Shown here in pieces: positions 1 through 13,289 of a stretch of 64,000 bases of DNA. Every line of letters begins with the position of its first letter. The first letter of the stretch is position 1. A model generated the notes under the pieces. It was given only the letters and a program-made list of their open reading frames with translations, searched no databases and had not been told where the DNA came from. A program made the position numbers and the translations under genes. Source of the stretch: Takakia lepidozioides (taxonomy: Eukaryota; Plantae; Bryophyta); contig CM060731.1 of NCBI GenBank assembly GCA_030704615.1, forward strand, positions 95,976,001 to 96,040,000. The letters run 5' to 3'.

Positions 1-3000
1 AGACCAAAGCAAAGATTACCATTGGACAGCTATTGGCTGTGGCACCTTATTGTAGACACAGGCTGTATCAAAGCAATCAATTGAATTGCCCAGGAGACAG
101 GAAAACACAGACCTGAACAGCAAGGTGACCAGTTATAATGTGAAGCCGGAAGGGCGAGAAACAGTCATGGACTTTGATGATTCTATGCTAGTAATCCAAT
201 TGAGAATTGGAAGCACAGAACTAACTGATGTACTGATAGATGGAGGCTCTGGAGTAAATATCATGACAGACCAATTAAGAAAGAAGCTTGGTCTAAGTAA
301 CATGAAACCAGCCCATTACGAGTAGAATAACAATGGCAGATCAAAGGAGTGTACAGCCATTGGGATTGATAAGAGGAGTTAAGATACAGATACAGAAGAT
401 GATCTTTATGATCACAGTAACTGTGTTTGAAGATGGATGAAGTCATGGAGGCTTACTCCTTATTATTGGGACGTCTGTGGCTGAAACAGGCCAGGGTATT
501 TCCATGACTGGAATTCTCAGTTACTAACGTGCATAATGGGATGCACGAGATACAAATTACCACAAAGAAAATCTAGTAGATTACCTGCTACGAGAAGACC
601 TCGAGGGTCAGAGATTATGACTAGAGAGGAGGGACTGGATGAGGAGCAGGAAGCTACCCTGTTTGCTGCACACCCAGAGTGGGAGCAAGTTGCAGAGATG
701 TGGCTGGAAGGCCTAAGTTGTTTAAGAGAGGTATCTACTGTGGTGTAGTGTCAGCAACACCAAATTGAAGAGGAAACCAGCAGTTACCCATCACATATTT
801 CTGAAGAAAGAGAAGAGAAGGAGAAATGGAAATCCTAGAGGAACCAGCCACTGTGAGTTTACAGGATGAAGTGGTGACTGGTTGGACAATCACAGCTCAT
901 GAGCAGGTGAGGAAGTGAATGTGGGAACTAAAGAGGAACCAAGGATGGTGAAGGTAGGAGCTGATTTGGAGCCAGATTCTTTGAAGAAGCTAAGAGTTTG
1001 TTCATCAAATACAGAGATGTATTTGCTTGGAGCTACGAGGATCTAAAAGAGGATACCACCTGAGATCTGTCAGCCAAGATTGAACTGGAACCAGGATCAG
1101 TACCAATAAGCAGGCAAGGTACAGAATGAATCGCAACTATGCACAGAAGGTTGGAGAAGAGATCAAGAAGTGACTGAGGCTAAGTTTATATACCCAATAG
1201 AGTATACAACTTGGTTGTCCCCCATTGTGATAGTTCCCAAGAAGAATGGTAAACTAAGAGTTTGTGTGAACTACAAGAAGCTGAATGCTTGTACGAAGAA
1301 AGATCCTTTCCCTTTGCCATTCACAGAAGCAGTATTGGATACTGTGGCAGGCCATGAAAGTTTTCATTCATGGATGGCTTCAGTGGTTATAATAAGTGCA
1401 AGTGGCAGAAGAAGACCAAGGAAAGACAGCTTCATCACAGACTGGGGTGCTTATGCATACAAAGTCATGCCCTTTGGACTTTGTAATGCACCAGCAACCT
1501 TCAGAGAGTGATAAGTGAATCTTTTCATGAGTATCTGGATGATTTCATGTAGGTGTTCTTGGATGATTTCAGTGAGTACAGCTCTAAGAATGAGCACTTG
1601 CATAAATTGGAGTTATGTCTGGCCAGATGCAGGATGAGAGGTCCGAGCCTGAATCCAGAGAAGTGTACTTTCTGTGTGAACTCAGGGGTGCTTCTGGGAC
1701 ACATTGTGTGTAAGAGGGGACTTCTTGTGGATCCCAGGAAAATAGAGGCCATTAAAGCCTCTCCACCACCAGTGAATGTTAAGAGTCTAAGGAGATTCCT
1801 TGGCAAACAAGCTATTACAGAAGATTTGTCAGACGGTATGCACAGATAGCAGCACCATTGAGCAAACTTCTGAAGAAAGATGCAGTGTTTGCATGGACAC
1901 CTGAATGTCAACAGGCTTTTGAGGAACTTACATTGTCAGTAACAACTACACCTGTGCTGATTAATCCTCACTGGCAGGAAATATTTCATGTTCACTGTGA
2001 TGCTTCTGGAGAAGCACTAGGAGCAGTGTTAGCCAAAAATGTTACAAGAAGGATAGATTCACCTGTGTACTATGCTAGCCGATTGATGAACAATGCCCGA
2101 AAGAAAATTATAGCACAACGGAAAGAGAAGCATTGGCAATGATCTATGTAGTGAAGAAATTCAGGCATTACCTGTTGGGCAAGAAGTTTATGTTCTATGT
2201 GGATCACCAGGCTCTGATATACCTGGTAAACAACCTCTGATAAGCGAAGAATAGCAAGATGGTTGATAATCTTGCACGAGTTTGAGTCGAGGTTGTTTAC
2301 AAGCCTGGGAGGCTGCATCTTGTGGCGGATCACTTGTCACGGTTATCAACAGGAGAACCAGCCACGGGAGTAGATGATCAATTACCAGATGCGAGTCTAT
2401 TTGCAGTGGAGGTGCAGGGAAAGTGCAGATGACTGGTTAGATTGGCAGTGGCCAATCAGATACTACCTTGCTCATGGTCAGTGCCCACCAAGTTATGGAA
2501 AGGAGCAGAGAAAGAGAATTGCTATCAAGGCTCTACCTTACACTATGGTAGGGAGCAGAATGTATAAGCTAGGACCAGATGGAGTGCTGAAGCGATGTTA
2601 TACCACCATGAAGTTAATAAAGTTTTGGAGGAAGTTCATAAGGAGTGGCAGGAGGTCATTTTGGAGAAGAGACTACCAGTAGGAAGATACTACATGCAGG
2701 TTACTGGTGGCCTACTGTGTTCAAAGATGTACACAAGTATTGTCAGAGTTGTGATGAATGTCAGAGGCTAGGACCTTTGCAGAGATCTGGGAAGATGGCT
2801 TTGCATCTTACAATGCCTACGGAACCATTTCAGAAATGGGGACTAGACTTTGTTGGACCAATTAACCCACCAGCAAGAAGATACACAGAACAGGTACATA
2901 ATTACAGCCACTGATTATACTACGAAGTGGGTGGAAGCTAAAGCTTTGAGGGACAACACAGCCAAGTCCACAGAAAGGTTCCTGTATGAGAACAGAACAT

Positions 3001-3960
3001 ACTTACACGATTGGCTGTCCTTGAATTTATCAGTGATCAGAGAAGTCACTTCATTAATGAGACCATTGAATTATTGACTAAAGAGTTCATGATTGTGCAT
3101 AGGAAGAGTACAACATATTACCCACAGGGTAATGGGCAGGCAGAGGCTACCAACAAAAATATTATGTACTATCTTGGCTAAGATAGTCAATGCAAACAGA
3201 ACGGATTGGGATACAAAGCTGCTGACAGCTTTGTGGTCATACAGGACTTCATATAAAGTCACCACTAAGTATACACCATTCCAATTAGTTTATGGTATGG
3301 AAGCTTTACTTCCAGTGGAATTCCTGTTACCTACCATGAGAACGGAATGGGAAAAGAGAATGGAATTGCAAGATTCAATTAAGGTCAGAAAACATGAATT
3401 ATACCATGTGGAAGAAGTACGTGCTGATGCAGCTGATAACATGACCAGAATTCAGATGAAGAGAGAAGGAACAGTTTGATGAAGGTAAGATAAAGACTTT
3501 TAAGACGGGAGATTTGGTTCTCTGGTTGCAGAAGAAGGGAAAGATTAAAGCTTCTAAGCTTAAATCACCATGGAAATGACCTTATGTCATACAGAAGATG
3601 TATAATAACAACACCGCCATGTTACAAACCATTAACAAAGAGATGCTGGGAAGAATCAATGCCAATAAGTTGAAGGGGTACAGTGGTATCCATGACAAAC
3701 CATTGCAGCATGATTTGCATGTTGAAACGCAAAAGCAGTCACGGGCTGCGCCAGTGATACCAACAGAGTATGGAGCATTTGTCGCTAGGCCGAGCGTATA
3801 TGACAGAGGCGGGCAGTACAGGCGCGACACAGCCTATCACAGCCTAGTACGGCGCGACACAGCGTATCAAAGCCCAGCACGACGCAACACAGCCTATCAC
3901 AGCCTAGCACGGCGCGACACAACATATCACTGCCCAGCACGGCGCAACACAGCCTATCAC
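1..3960 (+). pseudogene. pol: Frameshifted pol of copy A (protease, RT, RNase H, integrase)
   Basis: Motifs LIDGGSG (protease), WLSPIVIVPKK and FLDDF (RT), HCDAS (RNase H), GGHFG...CDEC and WGLDFVGP (integrase), split over many ORF fragments. Near-identical to the more intact 34259..38384. Confidence 0.93.
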
Positions 3961-5180
3961 TGTTAGAGGACTGTCTGGGACTTAGGCACTTTTAACGGAT
4001 CTGTGGGGTACCCTTAATTTTTACACAGACTGAGACCAACAGGAGCCTTAGGGATGACAACAACAGGCTTTAGGGGGGGAGATACACAGCCCAACACAGT
4101 CCATCACAGCCCGTCACAGCCGTCACAGTCCAACACAGCCAACACAGCCAGTCACAGTCAACACAGCCCGTCACAGTCCAACACAGCCCGTCACAGTCCA
4201 ACACAGCCAGTCATAGTCAACACATCCCGTCACAGCCACACAGCCAGTCACAGCCCGACACAGCCCAACAGCCAGTCACAGCCCGACACAGCCGGTCACA
4301 GTTTCACACAGCCAGTCACAGCTTGACACAGCTGTCACGACCATAGGGAACGGATAGCAGGACAGGGAACGACTGTGGGGACAACATCTGCGAATGGAAC
4401 ATGTTAGTTCACGGATGACGGTTAGTGAGGGAAACGGTTAGAACAACGGGTAGGAAGATAAAGCCAGGAGCAAAGATTTGAAAAGGATCACTTCAAGAGG
4501 ATCAATTTTGGGGGAGCACTTCTTGGGGGGACTTCGGACATCACTAGGGGAAATGAGGCAGAGAGCGCATCTCTGAGCAGAAAGAGGGAGAGCACGGAGT
4601 AGGAGGAGAACGATCTGTTGATGCTTGATGAATGCAAGCAGTAGAGTTGTAATGTAGAGCAGATTAGAGACTCCATGGCTTCAGCCTGATACTTGATAGA
4701 TATTAATCTGATACATACTTCATACTCACACTGTGTAGAGAGATCTGAGTGAAGCTGTGGAATGAATGGATGAGTTGATGGAATCCGATAGATTGCTAAA
4801 GCAAACTGATACTTAATTACCAACAGTAAGGTAACTAGCAAACATGAATGCGGGAAGGAAAACAAATAGGAAACACCCCCATGATACACTAGCTGTAGGT
4901 CATGACTGATTGTTCTGAGCGGGCTGAGTGCTTAGAGATTTCCAACTCTTCTATCTTGGAGTTCCCGCCTCGGATAGCAAAGGGATGGGTGAGTAAAAGC
5001 CGCGCGACAATCACAGCCCAGCACGGCGCAACACAGCCTATCACAGCCCAGCACGGCGCGACACAGCATATCACAGCCCAGCACGGCGCAACACAGCCTA
5101 TCACAGCTTACCACATTGCCACACAGCCTATCACAGCGTACCACAGTATGACACAGCCTGTCACAACACAACATAGCCTA
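3821..5180 (+). repeat. 30-bp tandem array after integrase (AGCCTATCACAGCCCAGCACGGCGCGACAC), interrupted by a solo LTR
   Basis: Units visible at 3821-3960 and 5010-5180. They read as RRDTAYHSPA repeats in the integrase frame. Confidence 0.9.
3961..5009 (+). mobile_element. Solo LTR of the same family with 5-bp TSD ATCAC
   Basis: Starts TGTTAGAGGACTG and ends CGCGCGACA, like 9486..10519. ATCAC at 3956-3960 and 5010-5014. Confidence 0.95.
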
Positions 5181-5206
5181 CTAGGGTTACACAATCCATA
5201 GGATCA

Positions 5207-8200
5207 GTGACAGGTGGACGTGGGTTAACATCCGGAGAATGGTCAGCGGAAAAGTGGATGAAGGCACGTGTAGAAATGGACACGTGGACGCCAGGGCGAG
5301 ACACACAGCCAGACATGGATTGCAAGGGGGACTGTCATCAAGGAAAAAGACAAAATTGGCCGTCAAAGTACCTACCCGACACATTAACTTATTATGGGCC
5401 CATTAATGCATACGGGGAAAGGGTAACGGAACCCTTAAAAAGTACCGAAAAGCGAAATCCATGTCACATGTGCTATCCTAGTGGACAGTCCAGAGTGGAA
5501 AATCCATGGAAGGAAATGAAATCTAAAATCCAGTCACAGCAGTTACAGCCAATCAAAAGCCAGAAGCAGAATCAAGAAAATGGAGGAATTTTAAGCGCAA
5601 GAGTCGGCGTCGTTCCAAGTAACGGGCGTCACGACGGGACAGACCATCAATGCTATAGCTTTGAAGCTATGGAGGAACTAACAGACTATACGCTTGCGAT
5701 ACTACTTACGCAGTGGCACGGGGATAGAAGAACAGAGAGTATCTTTTCTCTTAATCGATGCTTGCAAGCCCCGCAGGCTTACAAGAAATTACCCATAGCA
5801 TTTTGTGGCAACCATACGTTTATGCTTTGTGCCCTGCAGGCATTTCTTCAATTGTTACAGCCAAAACCTTTCTGTGGGTCTAGAATGAAGAGAGTGAGAG
5901 GAATGGAAGAAATCAGGGTGAAGAGCACCACAATCCTACAAAAACAAACGATTGCTACTCCACAGGCGGTACAGTTACTGAAGGAGCTGCGATTAGAAGG
6001 ATTGCAAATCAAAGATTGGACATTGCACCATAGGCAGTATATGTTACAATTCTTGCAGAACTTTGAGCCTAGGACAGGAACAACAATGGTGAAGGGAGTT
6101 GAATTAGAAATTACTTCCCTATACCTACAACAATTGTTTGAATTGCCATCAGGTCAGGTGCTTGTGGAGGAGCACAGGGCAAGACATCAAATAGGGGACT
6201 TTTCCAAGAAGGGAGTTTCTTTAAAACTCAGGGTTATGCTTGTACCAAGGTCGTGTACCCAGGGCTAAGGGAGGTAGGCCAGGTATTGAATGTTCTGTTT
6301 GCCATGAAACAGAACCAACAGTATTTGAGCAGATCCTTTACAGAGGAAATACTCAAAGCCCTGAGAGGAGAAGAGGTAGCATTGGCGGACATACTGTACA
6401 ACGCACTGGTAGAGGAGATGAAAAGATTACAGGGCACTGCCGCAAAGTCTCCTATCATAGTGTCTGGCCCAATCATTGCTCAAATAATTCTTGATTCTTG
6501 CATACTTGATGCTCGGGAAAGAAAGGAGATGGGAGTGTTTGAGGCCGAAACCACTATGGAAGAGCAAGGCTCTTCACACAGTGAGGGTGGACTGGCAGTG
6601 CAACCCCAGTCTAAGAGACAGAGGCAGGGAAAGACTGTAGTGGCGGATCCACTGGCTTCACGGAAACCACATGATAATGTTTCCCAAGCTCTTGTGCAGG
6701 AAGGGGCACAGCAGCACAGAGAGCTGCTATTATTGGAAGCAGGGCCTTCACTTCAGAGAGGGAAGATGAAGTTACTTCAGTATCACAGCCATCACAGCCA
6801 CATGATCGGCTTGTCACAGAGTTACCACAAGTTGTCCATGCAGTTCCACCACAAATAATTGATTTGGAGAAAGAAGGGTTAGATATCCCCACTACAGAAC
6901 AGGTGGTGGCAGAAATTGAGAAGGGGGACCTTCTCTATGAAAATTCTGGTTTGGTCAGGGAAACAATGATTGCAGAGGTGCAGCGGTTGTCCAGGGGAAA
7001 CCCTGCTGTGCATATAATACACACACCTGTGACGGAGGTACCATAGGTAGAATGTCAAGACACTGCAGCACCTGTGATGGATGAAGTGGTTCAGGAAGAA
7101 AATCTGGTGGGGCAATGGCCTGAATGGTTCGTGAGGCATCACACTGTTGAGGATCAGGAGAACAGCAGCAAGCTCACCATGATGACCCTCAACAGGCATG
7201 CTTATGAGTTCCATAAGCATGACACTTAATTTGTTGGGCACTTATGTCAAATCCCATGTTCCAACTACCCAATTGGCAGCTTTGAGGGAGGAACTCAGGA
7301 AGGAGTTTGAGGCTCAACTTGCCACTGAGTGTGCAAACAAGGTCGATGAGGAAGTCACTCTCAAGATATAGCAAGACTTAGAGAGTACAAAAGCTGCTTT
7401 GCAATTGGCCAAAGAACAATTGATTGAGGCAGGCCTCGCGCAAGACCAGTTGCACGATGAAGCACTAAGCACAGCATATGCAAAAATTCAGGTGAAGCAT
7501 GAAAGCAAGTTGCAAGAAGTGAATACACTACATACGGAGTTGCAGACAGTGCATGACAGGATGGCCATACAATGTGCTACACTCACAACTACGCTTGAGC
7601 ACACTACATTAGAAGTTAACAGTCAAGCGGAAAGATGTACGAAGGTAGAGGCAGAGAATGTCGAGCAAGCGAAATTCATTGTCGATATGAAGAATACAAT
7701 CTGTCGCAATGAGAATACCTTCAAGCAATACAGGCAGGTTGAAGCTGACCAAGAGAGGTATATCCTGGAATTGCAACAAACGCTCATGTCCAATAGAAAT
7801 GAACTCTCTGTGGCTAAAAAGGCTTGGAAGGAAGCCAATAATCTGGCTGCTGCATATGCGAATTTGGTTGAACCTCATGCGAAGCGCATGGAGGCTTTAC
7901 AACAGCAGATAGATGTGTACAGGCTCACAGAGGAGCAGACTCTCAGGGTTGCCACAAGCAACTTGGTGGATAACCACCTTATGCAGGTCTGGTTAGCACA
8001 AGGGCCGGTGGAGGGCAAAGCACCACGAAAGCTCACCCAAAGCGAGATGAATGAGCTCAGACTGCAAGTGCAGAACATTGCCACAACTACTATAGACAAT
8101 GTCTATAGTAGGATAGCGGAGCTACAAGAGGATGTAGACGGCCTGCAGACTCAGGTAGAGGACCTGACATCAAATATTGACAAGAGAGTCTTTGTACCTG

Positions 8201-9294
8201 AGGAGCAACTGATGGCTTCTTATTTACAAGCCAGAACTTTGGCTTTTAAGTCTTCTTCGCAGGGGGTGCATGAGATGCCAATGGTATAAGAGCCAGTGCC
8301 ACCAACACCACAACAAGTCACTGTGCCAGTAGCTGACCCTGTTGTTACTATAGCCACACCACATCCACAAGCCTACGGAGGTATGGGGGAATGCTGCTTT
8401 AACCCACCTAAAACTCATGCTGCACGGGAGTAACAGTCGGGCTATGATTATGCCCTTCAACCAAATTCCCATTGTGTTGGATTTGGCTTGGAAGGAATTT
8501 AGTCCTCCGCAGTCGTTGGCATATTACTATCAAATCATGCGCATTTGGCTGCCAGTGACAACTAGGACTAAAGTTCTTCCGAACAATCGACCAATTGAGG
8601 ATCATCACTTTGCGCGCAGTACTGGCATGAGGCAAGTACCATGTTGAAAGAATTAATTGTCTTCCAAGTTGTACATGGATTCATTTATACCAAGACCAAA
8701 GAGGTAGCAAGAATTGTCATGGGCTGCGGGTTATACTACGCTGCTTGTTTTCTGGCACGTTATCACATTGAGCAGCAGAAGATGCAAACGCTCTTTCTGA
8801 GTTATTCCAGTGGGGATCATTGGGTCTTACCTTCAGTGCCACCTCATATGTACCTATATGAGGCAAAAATTATGATGCAAAAGGATTCTCAGATTCGTTC
8901 ATGGTTTCATGCGGCCTGGAACAATTTGTCAACACAGAAATTCGGCCCTGACGATATTTTCTTTAAGGGACATGAGGCATGGAAATACTTGCACAATTCA
9001 CAAGTCATTGGTACCCCACTCACCTGGATAGACAAGGAGCGCAAGGTCTTCACCAATTTTGCAATTCAGCGCTTACAACAAGTTTTACAGTTTAAACTTC
9101 CAGACATGGTGGGACAACATTGTATGCCCCAAAGAATTCCAGTTAGAGTTCGACCGTTAAAACACCTCAGGGGGGACGAGGATTCTGATACTACTGTTTC
9201 TTCAGCGGACTCTTTTGACATGGCAGAGGACTATGCAATTCAGATGGCAGAGAAGAAGCAACGGGGGTCTCATATGCCTGAAAGATTACCTTGA
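5207..9294 (+). pseudogene. Extra 3' ORF of copy A (plant-transposon-protein-like domain, coiled coil, unknown aromatic-rich C-terminal domain), frameshifted
   Basis: ORF pieces 5207-6268, 6253-6858, 6864-7046, 7399-8289, 8417-8647 and 8641-9294, homologous to pieces in copies B, C and D. LQFLQNF...VKGVELEIT...LFELP resembles the extra ORFs of Athila-type elements. Confidence 0.8.
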
Positions 9295-9468
9295 TATCAG
9301 CCTCCAGAGGGACTGACATATCTAGGTAGTGTTCAATCATCTCCCTCAACCAGTGACAGGACACGGGCTCGCACATGGAGTCCTTCACGAGACTCTAACC
9401 GTCTGAAGGGTGCTCGCTCACAAAGGGTTACAAATCCCAAACAGTAAACCGTGATGACACGGCTTTTT

Positions 9469-9482
9469 GAGAGGGGAAGGGA
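9469..9482 (+). other. Polypurine tract of copy A
   Basis: GAGAGGGGAAGGGA, 3 nt before the TGTTAG start of the 3' LTR. Confidence 0.9.
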
Positions 9483-9485
9483 TAA

Positions 9486-9593
9486 TGTTAGAGGACTGTC
9501 TGGGACTTGGGCACTTTTACGGGATCTGTGGGGTACCCTTAATTTTTGCACAGACTGAGACCAACAGGAGCCTTAGGGGTGACAACAGTGCAC

Positions 9594-9631
<38 letters not shown>

Positions 9632-10519
9632 CACAGCCCGTCACAGCCAACACAGTCCGTCACAGTCCAACACAACCCGTCACAGCCAACACAGCCCGTC
9701 ACAGTCACACAGCCCGTCACAGTCACACAGCCAGTCACAGCTTAACACAGCCGACACAGCCCGACACAGTCGCACAGCCAGTCACAGTCCAACACAGCCG
9801 CCACAGCTTCGCACAACCCGCCACAGCCTGATACAGCCAGTCACAGCTTGGCACAACTGGGGAACAGTTACCATTGGTAGGGAACGACTGTGGGGGAACG
9901 ACATCTGAAAAAGGAACGTGTACTACAGAGATAACGGTTAGTTAAGGAAGCGGTTAGAATGGCTAGTAAAGAGATAAAGCGGGAAGAGGAGGAGGACTTC
10001 GGACATCACTTCTGGGGGAAGAGGATCACTTCTTGGAGGACTTCGGACATCACTGGGGGGAAATGAAGCGGAGAGCGGATCTCTGAGCAGAAAGAGGGAG
10101 AGCACGGAGTAGGAGGAGAACGATCTGTTGATGCTTGATGAATGCAAGCAGTAGAGTTGTAATGTAGAGCAGATTCGAGACTCCATGGCTTCAGCCTGAT
10201 ACTTGATAGATATTAATCTGATACATACTTCATACTCACACTGTGTAGAGAGATCTGAGTGAAGTTGTGGAATGAATGGATGAGTTGATGGAATCCGATA
10301 GATTGCTGAAGCAATCTGATACTTAAATACCAACAGTATGATAACTAGCTAACATGAATACGGGAAGGAATACAAATAGGAAACACCCCCATGATACACT
10401 AGCTGTAGGTCATGACTGATTGTTCTGAGCGGGCTGAGTGCTTAGAGATTTCCAACTCTTCTATCTTGGAGTTCCCGCCTCGGATAGCGAAGGGATGGGT
10501 GAGTAAAAGCCGCGCGACA
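9486..10519 (+). repeat. 3' LTR of copy A
   Basis: TGT...ACA termini, preceded by the PPT, homologous to the solo LTR. Contains CACAGCC-type repeats and a 31-G run. Confidence 0.95.
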
Positions 10520-11103
10520 ATGACAACAAACAAGTTCGTTTTCCCAAGGCCCCAGGTCTGCGAGTTTTTAAACCTTGTTTTCCGGTATTTCTATGTTGGA
10601 ATATGGTTGTGTGCTTCCAAGGGGATGTTGCAGACGTACTCAAAGTGCTGATGCAGGGGGTCAAGGGTTCTCCCCTCTTCGTGTGGTCACAAGAGGACTG
10701 TGACCCCTCGACAGAGCCACACCCCACAAAAGGGTCTGCTGTTCAGAACTTGCAGAAGAGATTGTCGAGGGTGTGGGAAGAATATTCTGGCTTTAACGAA
10801 TCCAACACCCTCTTAGTGGACGATTCACCACACAAGGGGCAGGCAAACTCCCTTTTGAACATGGTTCATCCACTGTCATTTGATGTTACTGGCAATGCCA
10901 GCGAGGGGCCTGATTCAGATTACCTTTTAGGAACTCTATGGCCCTATTGCAAGGATCTTTCTTCCTCTCCGGGTGTGCGTGTCTTCACAAGGCAACGGAA
11001 GCTACGGCAAACTGGCTGCCTGACTGCGGGCGAGGATGGTGCCACTGGGGGAAGTGCATTTGTGTCTTGTCAGGTGAAACTAAGCTTACTGTTTGCAAGA
11101 TGA
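10520..11103 (+). pseudogene. FCP1/NIF (HAD) phosphatase-like domain fragment; N-terminus separated by insertion of copy A
   Basis: FVFPRPQVCEFL...YVGIW, LFVWSQEDC, KRLSRVW, NTLLVDDSPHK and LWPY match the NIF-family pattern. The DxDxT motif is not present in the window. Confidence 0.75.
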
Positions 11104-11853
11104 CTATCATGATAACTCAGATGTTTTATTTGTTCCCTGCGGATGCCCTCTCACGCATGGCGTGGTCTAATTCTTTTTGCAGACAATGAAGGGGGTGGAA
11201 GTGGGCTCACCCACTCAAAAGGTGGCTGCTGCGCCAAGGACCCAGGCCCATCGGCGGCAGGAGTCGGGATCTGGCCCCCGCCATTCGGAGGCAGTGCCCA
11301 AGGTATGGTTTCATCCCACCCACTGTTCGTAATCTTGCTTGGAGTGTTTGCCTTTTTGCTGAAGCAGCCATTGTGTGTTATGTGAGCAGTTGACCAAGAT
11401 GCGTGGACAAACTCCAGGAGGGCCATCGCAGCCGGACATGGTTCCCCAGGCATGCCAATTGGTGTCCTTGCTGTTGCTTCCAGACGTTTAGGGATTTTTT
11501 TTTAATGTTACGATGTAGTTTGTAGGGTTTGAGGTCTGGTTTTGCAATTTGCCATGCTTCGTGCTACTATGTTTATTCCATCGCTAAAGTGCTTGTTGTT
11601 TAGATTGTTTTCTCTCACACTAAACGCTCTTGCTTTCGATGCAGCAATTGAAGACACGTGCGCAGCTTTCCACGGCTTCCACTCTTGGTGACGAGCCTCG
11701 GTTCAAGGTACTCAGTCAATGTCAGATATGTTAAGTTAATCGACTCTATATCTTGGAAGGAGGATCCCTCTGTCCATGCATGCTAAGTCCTGGCGGAAGA
11801 AGGTAGAAGCGCTTTCCAGGGTGAATCTAAGTCCGCAAGCCCATACCCTCTTG

Positions 11854-13289
11854 GAGGTTAGCTATTTCATGAGCATGAGCGGCATGAGCGGAGTAGTAAG
11901 ACAATCGGTTTTCATGAGCAGAAGTACAAATTTCGAAAATAAAAAACAATAAAAAACATTAATTTAATGCAATGTGTCAGGAAAAACAAATATATTATTC
12001 GGCCCCTTGAAGGGAAAATTGTAGTTTTGACAGTTGTGCTCATGATATTTTGTCTTCCGCTCATGCCAATTCCCAGCGACATGTGCAAATATGGCGCCGA
12101 ATTTCGCGGTAATAGGGTCCGTAACCTGAAAAAACGACGACGTATTTCGCGGTAATAGGTCTCTCTGACGAAAAATGGTGCCGAATTCCGCGGCTATAGG
12201 TCCCCTCATGACAGGTAATTCGGCGCCATTTTTCCAGACACTGTACCAGTGCATGTTGGGACTTAGCCAGTTTTCGGCCCAAAAAAGAGAAATTCGGCGC
12301 CATTTTTCCAGACACGATACCAGTGCATGTTGGGACTTAGCCAGTTTTCGGCCCAAAAAAGAGAAATTCGGCGCCATTTTCCCAGACACAGGTACCAGTG
12401 CATGTTGGGACTTAGCCAGTTTTCAGCCCCAAAAAGAGAAATTCGGCGCCATTTTTCCAGAAATGGCCCCACAACTGCTTCTGTTGGATCTCAGTTTGAA
12501 TGGAATATTGCATGAATTCGCGTCCCGTTGAATATTATTCTTGGCCATATTTGTAACTTGCTTGTAACCTCAACATGTGCTTGTGCAGGAAATGTGTCTC
12601 GACTCCAACACCGACATGCCCACGACAAACATGGCCGAATCAGTGCACTCTTCCTGGCGTGCCTCCTCTGTGGCGCATCTGGTGGACATCCTCACTGCCA
12701 CAACGAATGAGGCAATATTCCATTCAAACTGAGATCCAACAGAAGCAGTTGTGGGGCCATTTCTGGAAAAATGGCGCCGAATTTTTCTTTTTGGGGCCGA
12801 AAACTGGCTAAGTCCCAACATGCACTGGTACAGTGTCTAGAAAAATGGCGCCGAATTTCCCTATTTTGCGCCGAAAACTGGCTAAGTCCGAACATGCACT
12901 GGAAAAATGGCGCCAAATTACCTGTCATGAGGGGACCTATAGCCGCGGAATTCGGCACCATTTTTCGCCAGAGAGACCTATTACCGCGAAATACGTCGCC
13001 GTTTTTTCAGGTTACGGACCCTATTACCGCGAAATTCGGTGCCATATTTGCACATGTCGCTGGGAATTGGCATGAGCGGAAGACAAAATATCATGAGCAC
13101 AATTGTCAAAACTACAATTTTCCCTTCAAGGGGCTGAATAATATATTTGTTTTTCCTGACACATTGCATTAAATTAATGTTTTATTTTATTATTTGTTTT
13201 TTATTTTCGAAATTTGTACTTCTGCTCATGAAAACCGATTGTCTTACTACTCCGCTCATGCCGCTCATGCTCATGAAATAGCTAACCTC
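11854..13289. repeat. Long inverted repeat: arms 11854-12511 and 12712-13289, 200-bp spacer, internal ~60-bp subterminal repeats
   Basis: The arms are reverse complements (mirror ORFs 11964-12389 and 12771-13172) and differ in repeat copy number. Confidence 0.95.
12589..12732 (+). pseudogene. MULE-type transposase exon remnant
   Basis: After a TGCAG acceptor it reads EMCLDSNTDMPTTNMAESVHSSW...DILTAT. TNxAESxH resembles the catalytic-Glu motif of Mutator DDE transposases. Confidence 0.55.

Larger units (their letters stand above)
1..10519 (+). mobile_element. Ty3/Gypsy LTR retrotransposon copy A (non-chromovirus, Athila-like RT); 5' part lies outside the window
   Basis: PR-RT-RH-INT order, extra 3' ORF, PPT and 3' LTR. 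RT contains [12 protein letters not shown] and VFLDDFS. No chromodomain or second RNase H is visible. Confidence 0.93.

Noticed and set aside
5207-9294. Calling the extra ORF env
   Set aside because: No convincing signal peptide or transmembrane anchor is visible; it is mostly coiled coil and soluble-looking sequence.
11964-13172. Paired 130-140 aa ORFs on opposite strands
   Set aside because: Mirror translations of the inverted arms and subterminal repeats, with no protein motifs.
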